From the NCBI GenBank assembly GCA_048213135.1, contig PS015097.1:326678-390677 (forward strand): DNA of 64,000 nucleotides, in the 5' to 3' direction. Within the stretch, counting starts at the first letter, position 1. Every line of letters begins with the position of its first letter. The DNA is from Reclinomonas americana ATCC 50394. Lineage: Eukaryota. Below are positions 1 to 11,728 of the stretch, one piece after another. The position numbers and the translations under genes are program-made. The notes below the pieces were generated by a model. It was not told the origin of the DNA. It did not search any database and was given only the letters and a program-made list of their open reading frames with translations.

Positions 1-91
1 AGAGAGAGAGAGAGAGAGAGAGAGAGAGCGGGAGGACAAGGAGTGGATGAGTGAACGAGTGCAGTGACGACTGCAGATAGTCAGAGAAAGA

Positions 92-126
<35 letters not shown>

Positions 127-419
127 CAGAAGAGATAGTCAAGGGTCTGCAGATAGTCAGGCAGAGACAGAATGAAGGACTCGATGAGACAGGGAGTGTA
201 TGAGAGAGAGACAAGTGGGAAGACAGGGAAATAGAGAGAGAGATGTGAGTGGAGAGAGACACGGGAGAGGAAGGGAGACGTGGAGAGGAGGAAGGAGATG
301 AGTGAATAAGTGACAGTCAGACAGAAGAGACCGAGCGGATGAGTGACAAGATGAGAGAGAGAGAGAGGCAAAGGCCAGCAGAGCACTCCCTCCCTTCTCT
401 CCATTCCCCTCCCACACAC

Positions 420-1197
420 CTCTCTTCATGCGCAGTTCCACCAACGCCTGCTCGCCCTCCCGATCGATTCTGTGCAGGTTGGCCACGGCCTCCACCACAT
501 CGTCCACTGCGCGCGAGTGCACCTGCATGTCGCCGCACAGCAGCTGTGTGGCGAATCGTTCCAGCAGATCGCCGTCGAGAACTTGTCGCATGTTGGCGTC
601 GACTTCTTCGCTGTTGCCGTTGCTGGTCAGTGAGGGCACGAGGTCGATGAGCAGTTCGTCGACGTGGCCAGTGGAGGAGACTGTGAGGGAGAGTGCAGGA
701 AGAGGGAGGGAGGGAGTGAGTGGGGGAGTGTGAGTGAGTGTGAGAGAGTGAGTGAGTGAATGAATGAGTGAGTATCTGAGAGATACAGAGAGAGAGAGAG
801 AGTGAATGAGTGAGTGAGTGAGTGAGCNNNNNNNNNNNNNNNNNNNNNNNNNNNNNNNNNNNNNNNNNNNNNNNNNNNNNNNNNNNNNNNNNNNNNNNNN
901 NNNNNNNNNNNNNNNNNNNNNNNNNNNNNNNNNNNNNNNNNNNNNNNNNNNNNNNNNNNNNNNNNNNNNNNNNNNNNNNNNNNNNNNNNNNNNNNNNNNN
1001 NNNNNNNNNNNNNNNNNNNNNNNNNNNNNNNNNNNNNNNNNNNNNNNNNNNNNNNNNNNNNNNNNNNNNNNNNNNNNNNNNNNNNNNNNNNNNNNNNNNN
1101 NNNNNNNNNNNNNNNNNNNNNNNNNNNNNNNNNNNNNNNNNNNNNNNNNNNNNNNNNNNNNNNNNNNNNNNNNNNNNNNNNNNAGAGAGAGAGAGAG

Positions 1198-1295
<98 letters not shown>

Positions 1296-1463
1296 ATATG
1301 CAGAGACTGTTGACTTACTTGCTGGTGATGCACTTTGATGAAGAAGAGAGGCACGCAGGGCGTAGCATTCACGTTCGGCGTCGGCGCGTGAGGGTATGCG
1401 TACGCGGAGTGGTCCGCCGAGTGCGGAGGGGCGAAGAAAGGTGAGGGAGAGGGATTCGCGCAT
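420..1463 (-). CDS. Hypothetical protein, first two exons; gene probably continues leftwards out of the window
   Basis: ATG at 1463; exon 1 (MRESLSLTFLRPS...HQSASPA) ends at a GTAAGT donor near 1319; exon 2 at about 420-680 (..EEVDANMRQVLDGDLLERF...VELRMKR) has a CAG acceptor and GTGTGT donor; the intervening intron contains an N-gap. No family recognised. Confidence 0.5.
1200..1294. repeat. (GT)n microsatellite
   Basis: Directly visible. Confidence 0.95.
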
Positions 1464-2609
1464 GATTGCGCGCACGATTTGAGATGGAGATGTCGATCGG
1501 ATGGATGGTTGAAGGGACTCTTATCTCGCGGACGGTGGTTGCACAGAGCATGGGGGACAACTTGCCATTAGCTACCTGCAACGGCGAGCTGCTTGTGGTT
1601 GAGAATTAGGTGAGAAACTGGAGTACAAGTGGTGTTCGAATTCGGGTTTGGAATTCGAAACGGTCTGGCCAGCTGGGTTCTGGCGAGCTTGGCCGGCCTC
1701 GGGACCTCCTCGCGGACAGAAGAGAGCGTCTCTACGATAACCCGTGCAAAATCGCGTGTGCCGTGACAGAAGATTGGAAAATGGTGCCGAAGAATTCAAA
1801 TTGCGATTGGTTGCAGCCAGTTGAGCGAAATCGGTCTTGTTGTAGTGCCACGGAAAACCAACTCTGCTTGGACTTCCTGCGGCTGTTTTTGACAACAACA
1901 ACAATTCATTCACCAAAGCAAGATATCTGCGAGTTTACATTTCGCTTGCTTGCATGATGCGTGTANNNNNNNNNNNNNNNNNNNNTTTCGCGCGATCGCT
2001 GCCCGCCGCGACGTGTGGTTTGGTCCGTAAACATGCAGGCCACCTCTCGTCATACACGACCATCGCATCAAGCTGCTTGGCCTGCTACAGCAATTCATAC
2101 AGCTGTGTTGCTGTTTGGGTTAGTAAAGTTGTTGTTGTTGTTTTGCATCCGGATGCATGCGATTTTCTTGCACTTTCGCGGTGGATGAAAACTTCAAGCG
2201 GGAAAATGCAACGAATGCTGCACCTGGTACAGCAATGCCTCGACATGCCATGGCACGCCTCGGACTGCAAATCACCTGTGCGCAAGAAATACCGGATCCT
2301 GCCGAATGTTTGATTTTCCCCCGGCACTCACACCCAATCTCCTCCCTCATCTCCCCACATCTCTCTTCACCGGCCTCCTCACCTTCTCCATTCCCCACCT
2401 TGTCGGTTACCGTAGATGCCTACCATCATGTTCGAGTTTGCCACAAACGTCGCATGTCCTCCCGCGGGAAGTCTCTCTCGCGACACAGACTGCACGCTCT
2501 TGCCGCGCTCTGCCTTTTTGCAGGCAACACTCTCATTACACACAGTCTCGGCGATTGCGCTGTCTGCTGCTGCTGCTGCTGCTGGTGACAGAGTTCGCAC
2601 CACAACGTC

Positions 2610-5600
2610 ATGGTAATGGACGCTCAATCATCACTCCACACAAGACACACACAGACACGCGCGCACACTACATTCACACTCACACACACTAACGTACGCA
2701 CACTTTGTCTCTCTCTCTCTCTCTCTCTCTGTCTGCATAACTCGCATATTCTCACGTTGAGCATCACAAGAAGAATGTGTCTCTCACTCTCCTCATCTTC
2801 CCCTCCTCTCTCTCACACACACAGGGCGACTCACTCACACTCCAGCTGTCGCCTGAGATGCACGGCGTTGATGCGGGCGATGTGGCTTCAGTTGCGTCGC
2901 CTATTTATCTGTCTGTCTGTTTGTCTTTTGTGACATGTGAGCGCGTCACTCCACTGAGAGCGCGCGCGTGTGTGTGTGAGAGAGAGAAAGACGAGAGTGT
3001 CTGTGTGTGTGGCCTCTCACCTCCCAGCTCTTTGAGTGTGTGAGTGAGGATGTGGAGGATTAGGCGCGCGCGTGCTGTCTTTCACGGGCATGGGCATGTC
3101 GCCCTCGCTCTCCGTGTCACACACGCGCTCACTCTTCTGGCTCGTGATGCACGAGTCTTTGCTCTGTTTGTGTCATGATTCTTCATGTATTGTTCGATAT
3201 TTTCCGATCATTATCCGCGCCTCAAGAGATTTTTAACTTTTTTCTGTGTCTTCTGTGTGTGTGTGTGTGTGTCTTGTGTGCAGCCGGCACCGCCCACATT
3301 CATGGTGTTTCCGAGCAGTCGATTAGCGCAGCAATTTCGCGGCGAGAAGCGAGGCGAGCTGGACCCGGTTCGTTTTTTTCTTTCCTCCGCGCGTTTGTCT
3401 TTCTTTCCTGCGTCTCACACTTGGTCGCCCAGAACATCACCCTCGCGCCCTTTGATCACGAGTCACCGCCCGGCAACATTCAAGTGTTCCACGCCGGCCG
3501 CAACATTCGTCTGTCCATTCAGCGTGTGGTCCGCGAAGCCTTTTCGCCGTGCTTTGTGTTTCTCCTGGAGAGCAGTTGCGTGTGTTTCTGCTGTTTGTGG
3601 ATTGCACAGGCGTATCCGTCTCTGACGCACGCACAGCGTTCACACGAGGTCCCAACCCGCATCTCGCCGCTCCGTTTGTAGTGGAGACGGCCACGGCGCC
3701 GTATGACACGCGCGGATACATTGAGCGCACGTTTTACACGTCGTACCGCGACACCAAGACGCCGCCGATTATTTTCTCGTTTGCCGCCGACAACACGCGC
3801 CCCGATCGTTCCGAGTTGGTGGTGCGCGTCGGTCACTGCACGGGCTACTCGAAGCAGTCGGCGATTTTGTACATTTGCGTCATCTCTGCCGATGGCTCGC
3901 TGGCGGTGGTGTCCGAGGCGTTCCGCACGTCGCGCCGGAAACCGCCGAAAATCAACGAGCTGCCGCCGTTCATCGACGTGAACATTACGCAGTTCATTGC
4001 GCCCACCGTGTACGACAGCATGTCCACACGGAAATGGGTGCACGGTCAGTTCGACTATCAGAATCCACGAGGTGAGAAATGATCAACGAAGTGGTGGTGA
4101 CGCTGATCTTTGCTCCCCCTCTCGCTGTGCTCTCCTTCTCGCTGTGCTCTCCTTCTCGCTGTGCTCTCCCTCTCGCTCTGCTCCCTCTCGCTCTGCCCCC
4201 TCTCGCTCTGCCCCCTCTCGCTCTGCTCCCCCTGTCGCTCTGCTCTCCCTCTCGCTCTGCTCTCCCTCTCGCTCTTCTCCCCCTCTCTCTGTTCCCTCTC
4301 TCTGTTCCCTCTCGCTCTGCTCCCTGTCGCTCTGCTCCCCCTCTCGCTCTGCTCCCCTCTCGCTCTGCTCCCCTCTCNNNNNNNNNNNNNNNNNNNNNNN
4401 NNNNNNNNNNNNNNNNNNNNNNNNNNNNNNNNNNNNNNNNNNNNNNNNNNNNNNNNNNNNNNNNNNNNNNNNNNNNNNNNNNNNNNNNNNNNNNNNNNNN
4501 NNNNNNNNNNNNNNNNNNNNNNNNNNNNNNNNNNNNNNNNNNNNNNNNNNNNNNNNNNNNNNNNNNNNNNNNNNNNNNNNNNNNNNNNNNNNNNNNNNNN
4601 NNNNNNNNNNNNNNNNNNNNNNNNNNNNNNNNNNNNNNNNNNNNNNNNNNNNNNNNNNNNNNNNNNNNNNNNNNNNNNNNNNNNNNNNNNNNNNNNNNNN
4701 NNNNNNNNNNNNNNNNNNNNNNNNCCCTCCTCCCTCCCTCCCTCCCCTCCCTCCTCTCCCCTCCCCTTCCCCTCCCCCTCCCCCCTTCCCCTCACACCCC
4801 CCTCCCTTTCCTCTCTTGCAGAAGCCTCGGCCGACATTGGTTCGGTGGCCTTCCACTCCCCACTGGTGACCTCGCCCATGGGCGTCGGACCGATGCACTA
4901 CGCACAGTCGGTGATGCTGCCGGCGTACTCACAGTCGGCACCGGCGACCTCGAACCTCATGCACTACATGGGCGGCGGCGGCGGCGGCGGTGCCAGTGCC
5001 GCCGGCATGATGGCGGGCGCGGCGGCCGGCATGGCCGGCGTCGGAGTCGGCGCCGCGGTCATGTCCCATCACCACCTCCATCACCACCACCCCGGTTTTC
5101 ACACCGGCAGCGGCAGCTACGCCTCGAGTCACGCCGAGTCCATTGACGAGGACGAGAGTGGAAGTGGTATCGGTGGTGGTGGCGGCGGTGGTGGTGACGA
5201 AAGCGACATGCTCTACGCACACGGAGGACCGAGTGACTACTCGCAGCCGCTCGTGTCGCTTCCGCCACAATTCAGCATGCGCAACGGTCTCCGCATGCCG
5301 ACGGTGAAGAACCCGCGAGGCGGCGACGGCTCTCCAACCGCCGCCATGTTGGCGACTGGCCACTACTCGACAACGACCACGACGACCACCACACCCACCG
5401 CATCCTCATCGGTCACCGCAGTCGCCAACAGCCCCAACATGTTCACCGGGCCGTCCATTCCTGGCGCCTTGATGGGACCGCCTGGATCGACCCGCGCCGT
5501 GGCCGCCGTCTCCATGTCGATGGGACCGCCGCCACCCATGACGCCACCTCGACAGAATCGTCACGCGCCGCCGTTTGTGGCGCCCATCCCCATTCCGATT

Positions 5601-6478
5601 GGCGGCTCTGGTGGACCCGGCACTCCAGGCACGCCGTCTTCGGTGCCTGGCACACCGTCGTCGCCTGCTCTCGGTGAGCACCCGTTCCTGTTGATCCTGA
5701 TTGCTGTTATATGTTGTGGCTGACGCGCAGTGCGTGCAGGTCGATCGGATTCCTGGGGTGACTTGGCGGGCACGCCGACCAGTCGCGGCGCGGGTGCGAA
5801 TAGTGGCGCCGATCCGAGTCGCCGTTCGTCCAGTTCGTCGTCGTCGCCGCGCCCGGACGGCGAAAGTGCTCTCGGAGAGGGAGTGCTCGGCGACGAGCTG
5901 GAGGGCTTTGAGCCGCCGCGAACATGGGGCGGTCGTCCGTTTTCCGTGTTTCACACGTTCGGCAGCGAGGGCGGGTCGTCGCCGCCGCCGCCTGTGTTGG
6001 CCGGTGGCGGCGTGTTTGGCCAGCACGCACAACATCACCATCATCACCACCACCACGACGACCACTTTGACGGCAGTGCGATGGAGATGCACATGGATCT
6101 GGGTCAGGAGGATGACCATCTTCGTAGTCAACAGCCACAACAACATCACCACCATCACCACCACCATCATCACCATCACCTCGATCAGTCACATGGTCGA
6201 CCTGTGCTGTCCACGGGTGGTGGTGGCGGTGGAGGAGGGGGCGTCGGTGGAGGAGGCGGCGGTGGTACTGGTGGCGGAGTGCTGCACGAGGTGCGACCAA
6301 GTCAGTTGTGTTGTCGACGTATGGACGTCTCACTCATTGTTCCTCGGGTGCAGCGTCACGGATTCGGTGGTGGCGACCTGTTCCCCTCCAGTGAGGAGTA
6401 TTACCACCAGGAGCCGTTGACTCCCGTGTTGCCCATGGAGTCCAGCGGCGGCGAGCAAGGTATGTGGATCTCGGAAAA

Positions 6479-6549
<71 letters not shown>

Positions 6550-7077
6550 NNNNNNNNNNNNNNNNNNNNNNNNNNNNNNNNNNNNNNNNNNNNNNNNNNN
6601 NNNNNNNNNNNNNNNNNNNNNNNNNNNNNNNNNNNNNNNNNNNNNNNNNNNNNNNNNNNNNNNNNNNNNNNNNNNNNNNNNNNNNNNNNNNNNNNNNNNN
6701 NNNNNNNNNNNNNNNNNNNNNNNNNNNNNNNNNNNNNNNNNNNNNNNNNNNNNNNNNNNNNNNNNNNNNNNNNNNNNNNNNNNNNNNNNNNNNNNNNNNN
6801 NNNNNNNNNNNNNNNNNNNNNNNNNNNNNNNNNNNNNNNNNNNNNNNNNNNNNNNNNNNNNNNNNNNNNNNNNNNNNNNNNNNNNNNNNNNNNNNNNNNN
6901 NNNNNNNNNNNNNNNNNNNNNNNNNNNNNNNNNNNNNNNNNNNNNNNNNNNNNNNNNNNNNNNNNNNNNNNNNNNNNNNNNNNNNNNNNNNNNNNNNNNN
7001 NNNNNNNNNNNNNNNNNNNNNNNNNNNNNNNNNNNNNNNNNNNNNNNNNNNNNNNNNNNNNNNNNNNNNNNNNNNNN

Positions 7078-7113
<36 letters not shown>

Positions 7114-7231
7114 ATGACGAGAGTGAAAGAGAGAGAGAGAGCACGCAGAGTCGACCTTGTCTCTCTCGCTCACTCTCTCTACTTCTCACACATACACTGT
7201 CTCTGTCTGTTTCATGCTCTCTCTCTCTGTT

Positions 7232-7279
<48 letters not shown>

Positions 7280-8538
7280 TGCGTGTCTCCCGTGAACTTA
7301 CTTCCTCTTTCTTTCTCACTGTCAATCTCCAACTGTACTGTCACTTTGTCTGTCACTTTCTGTGTCTCTCTTTTATCTCTTTTATGCATGTCTCTCTCGC
7401 TTGCTGTCTTCTCTCCTTCAGTCTCTTTGTCTCTGTCTTTCCGTGTCTCTCACTCTCTCTTTTTCTCACTCTTTATCTCTGTCTCTCTCACTCTCCTCTC
7501 TCTCACTCTCTCTTTTCTCTGTCTCATTTTCTCTTGATGTCTCTCTCTCACTCACCCCACTCTCTTCCTATGTCACTCTTGTCAATCTCCTTTACGGGCA
7601 TGTCTCTCTCGCTCGCATTCTTTCTCTCCTTCAGTCTCCTCATCTTCTCTGTCTCTCCGTGTCTCTGTCTCTCTCTCTCTCGCCCACTCTCTCCCCTCTC
7701 GCTCTGCATGTGTCTCTGTCTTTTCTCTTGATGTCTCTCTCTCACCCCACTCACTTTCTCTGCCTCTCTGTTTGTCTCTTTTACATGCGTCTCTCTCGCT
7801 CACTTTCTTTCACTTGTTCAGCCTCCTTATTTTCTCACTCTCTCTCTCTGTATGTCCCTGTCGGTCTTCCTCTCCGCGTCTGTCTCATTCTGTCTACGTG
7901 TCTCTCACTCTCTCGTCTCAGTCACTGTCCTCTTTTGTCTGTCTCTTTTCCCGTGCATCTCTCTTTTCTCTTTCTCTCTCTCTCTCTCCCTTCCCCTCCC
8001 CTCCCCTCCCCTCCCTCCCCTCCCTCCCTCCTCCTCCCCTCCCTCCCCCCCCCCCCCTTTTTGCGTCTCACAATGCGGCAGGTGGCGAATCGAGCGGCGT
8101 GCAACACGCGTCGGATCTCGCCGAATGGCACATGCGAGTCGACCCGGCGGAGAAGCTGAGCAAAGGCCACCTGGTTGGCGTTCACAAGAAAGGTGCGGGG
8201 AGAGGAACAAAGAGAGGCTGGCTGACCTGTCTGCGGTTTCTCAAAGAAAAAAACATGCATGGGTGAACGCAGGTGCCATTTCCAAGCGCACAGCCGGCTG
8301 TTTGTGGCTCGCCATTGTGGCCTCGGATCCACTACTCACCGGCACGGGATATCGCGAGAATGTGCGACTGGAGGATGGCAATGCGGTGGCATACATCGGG
8401 CAGGCACCGTGCTATGTGCGAGCCACTGGTCCACCTCGCACCGGCGACCTGCTTACCGCCTCTGGTTTCAACGACGGCACCGCCCGTGTGTTGGGCTTTG
8501 GTGAAGCCACGCCAATTCCACCAGTCGGTCGAGTACTC

Positions 8539-8633
<95 letters not shown>

Positions 8634-9510
8634 GTCGTCGTCGTCGTTCGGTTGGTTGGGTGGTGGTGGTGGTAGTCGTACGTACGACGTACGTACGTAG
8701 TAGGTAGGTAGGTAGGTCGGTTACGTTGGTACGTAGTNNNNNNNNNNNNNNNNNNNNNNNNNNNNNNNNNNNNNNNNNNNNNNNNNNNNNNNNNNNNNNN
8801 NNNNNNNNNNNNNNNNNNNNNNNNNNNNNNNNNNNNNNNNNNNNNNNNNNNNNNNNNNNNNNNNNNNNNNNNNNNNNNNNNNNNNNNNNNNNNNNNNNNN
8901 NNNNNNNNNNNNNNNNNNNNNNNNNNNNNNNNNNNNNNNNNNNNNNNNNNNNNNNNNNNNNNNNNNNNNNNNNNNNNNNNNNNNNNNNNNNNNNNNNNNN
9001 NNNNNNNNNNNNNNNNNNNNNNNNNNNNNNNNNNNNNNNNNNNNNNNNNNNNNNNNNNNNNNNNNNNNNNNNNNNNNNNNNNNNNNNNNNNNNNNNNNNN
9101 NNNNNNNNNNNNNNNNNNNNNNNNNNNNNNNNNNNNNNNNNNNNNNNNNNNNNNNNNNNNNNNNNNNNNNNNNNNNNNNNNNNNNNNNNNNNNNNNNNNN
9201 NNNNNNNNNNNNNNNNNNNNNNNNNNNNNNNNNNNNNNNNNNNNNNNNNNNNNNNNNNNNNNNNNNNNNNNNNNNNNNNNNNNNNNNNNNNNNNNNNNNN
9301 NNNNNNNNNNNNNNNNNNNNNNNNNNNNNNNNNNNNNNNNNNNNNNNNNNNNNNNNNNNNNNNNNNNNNNNNNNNNNNNNNNNNNNNNNNNNNNNNNNNN
9401 NNNNNNNNNNNNNNNNNNNNNNNNNNNNNNNNNNNNNNNNNNNNNNNNNNNNNNNNNNNNNNNNCGGTACGTACGTACGTCGTCGTCGTACGTCGTCGTC
9501 GTACGTACGT

Positions 9511-9574
<64 letters not shown>

Positions 9575-9578
9575 ACGT

Positions 9579-9641
<63 letters not shown>

Positions 9642-11480
9642 ATTCATCGCGCAAGCGTTTCTATACAACACTCATCCCTCGTTAATTCTCTCTGCTCATA
9701 GCCGGTGGAATCGGAGCGCGCTCAGAGATCCACTACAGGCTCATCGCCCCCGTCATCCCCACCGCCATCGTCGTTGCTGGTCAATGTGCCACCACTGCCG
9801 AGGAGTCACATCCCGCTGGCGGAGGACGCCGCGCAGGCGCTGCTGCAGTCGTTGACGGGTGGTGGCAGTGGTTCGGGTGTGGATGTGGTGGCTCTTGTCG
9901 GCTTGCCGGGTTCTGGGAAGAGCACCTTTGCGTCGGCTGTGGTGCGGCTACCGCAGGTCGCTGCGGTGTTCACGGATGGAGTGTTTTGGATTCGTGCCGG
10001 TCGCAATGCGGACCCGCTGGTTCTTCATCGTCGCTTGTGCGACGTGGCCTCGCTGCGTGCAATATCCGAGCAGGCCACAGATGTGGATAGTTCGCGTGAC
10101 GAGCTGCGACAGCGACTAGAGGGTCGACGCTGCTTGGTGAGACGTTCATTGACAGTGTGTGCTTAGATATGCGTAGATCACTGAACGAGTCTGGCAGATT
10201 GTGGTCGACGACGTGTGGGAGTCCATTGTGTTGTATTCGTTGTCGCTCGGCCTGCCGGGTGTGACATTGCTGGTGACCACGTCCCTACGAGACACGGTGC
10301 GAGCTGCCGGTGCCGCTGTCATCAGCATGCCTGTGATGAGCGTGGAGCAGGGCGTCGAATTGCTGCGTCTGGTCGGCGATCGCACAGACAGTTGTGTTCA
10401 CTTGCCTCCTTTGTTTGTGTGGCGTTGCGTTATTGTTGACTCGTGTGTGTCACAGAAGCGTGGGACGATCCAGCCAATCCACTGCGCCTGCTCTTCCACG
10501 TGTGTGCGACGCGCCTCGTGCGACGATGCGGTGTGCTGCCGGCCGCAGTGGTGGCACTGGGCATGCACCTGCGTGACCGCCCGCTGGAGGAGTGGGACGA
10601 GTGTGTGCACATGCTGGAGTGTGTGTGCACGTCGCCATTTTTCGACGCCGAAAGTGCCGTGTCGTCAGGAGTGGCTCCCACGTGCGCCACTGCGGAGCTG
10701 AGCGAGGAGATTCGTCAGCGAATCGGGCGTGAACTGTTCCCCTTTGATGCACTGCTCGGTACGCTCGACGCGGCCTCTCGCCGTGCCTACCTCTCCCTGG
10801 CTCTGCTGCCGGCATTCCAGCTCATCAGTGGTGAGTACCCCTTTTTCCCCCCGCACTGGTTGCACGAGGGAGGTCTCGCTTCTCACCAAGCAAACAGAGA
10901 CGGTGCTGAAGAGCATGTGGGAATCGATTGGACGATTCAGCAAACTCGTTCGGTCGCTGGAGAGCTGCTGCCTGTTGGAGCGAGTTATGGTCAGTGGCAG
11001 TGAGCGTCACTCGACGACGACCACGATTGCCACGTATGCGCTGCGCTGTCCGCTGCAATGGGTGGCGCTCAAGTCTGCATGGCACTCAATGCCATCGCTG
11101 TGTGCCGGCGTCACCATCTCGCCGCCATTGGCGACCGTGCTCGCAGCGCTGCCGGAGGTGGCCACCAGTGACACGAGCATGGCCACCGACTGGGAGCAGG
11201 CACGACGGTCCGTTTCGGCGGGGTGTCTTTTGCCGCTCCCCGAGCAGGTGAGTTCGTATGTGCGAGAGAGAGCTGAGGAGATAGGAAAGGGACGTGCTCA
11301 TTGAGTCGTTGATTGCAGCCGGCGACTGTCAGAGCCGATGGGATGGCTCTGCTGACAGCCGAACTTGTGGCCCTCGGCGGCGCGCACATGCGCAAGACAC
11401 AGTCGGACCGCAGCATGCTGTCGGCTTCCGTGCGTCGTCGTTCGTCCTTTGATCAAGATCTCCCACTCGGTCGTTCGTAG
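2610..11480 (+). CDS. Multidomain protein: putative Ig-fold (CSL/CudA/Rel-like) DNA-binding domain + His/Gly/Pro-rich region + Peptidase_G2-like autocleavage domain + NB-ARC ATPase
   Basis: Reconstructed exons 2610-2612 (ATG only), 2825-2890, 3284-3367, 3433-3523, 3610-4071, 4822-5673, 5740-6459 (possible in-frame intron about 6290-6353), 8082-8192, 8273-8540, [N-gap], 9702-10136, 10198-10390, 10456-10830, 10898-11247, 11319-11480 (TAG). Splice phases agree at every junction except 8540/9702, which spans an N-gap. Motifs: LAQQFRGEKR...VSEAFRTSRRKP; SDLAEW...GDLLTAS..G.A..VGRVL; GLPGSGKS, LIVVDDVW, LLVTT, CGVLPAAV. Confidence 0.7.
4115..4377. repeat. Intronic short-unit repeat (CCCTCTCGCTCTGCT)n, about 15 bp
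   Basis: Directly visible at the start of the intron before an N-gap. Confidence 0.9.
6481..7275. repeat. (GA)n tract, N-gap, then (CT)n tracts within one intron
   Basis: Directly visible. Confidence 0.95.
8541..9640. repeat. Compound microsatellite (GT)n-(GTC)n-(GTAC)n flanking an N-gap
   Basis: Directly visible. Confidence 0.95.
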
Positions 11481-11728
11481 AAGACATTATTAGAAGGGAT
11501 CATGGGACTCCCTCGTCCATTGTTTAAGCATTTCTGGAGCCACTCTGGCCCCCTTCCCCCCTTTTTCTCTCTCTTTTTTTGTTGCGTGTATAAGCGTGTG
11601 TGTGTGTGTGTGTATGTGTGTGCGCGTGTGCAGTGAAGAAAATGCAGTCACACTTTGTGTATTTTTCAGGTGTTGCCCGCACCACACCACACGAGCCACA
11701 ATCCACTTCCACACCAGACAAAATGATC

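Noticed and set aside
1630-1665. TTCGAATTC..GAATTCGAA inverted repeat / B-box-like tRNA signal
   Set aside because: No cloverleaf or A-box can be built; short palindromes are common here.
828-9464. Long ORFs running through N-gaps and dinucleotide repeats (HTHT, ERER, SLSL)
   Set aside because: Artefacts of gaps and microsatellites.
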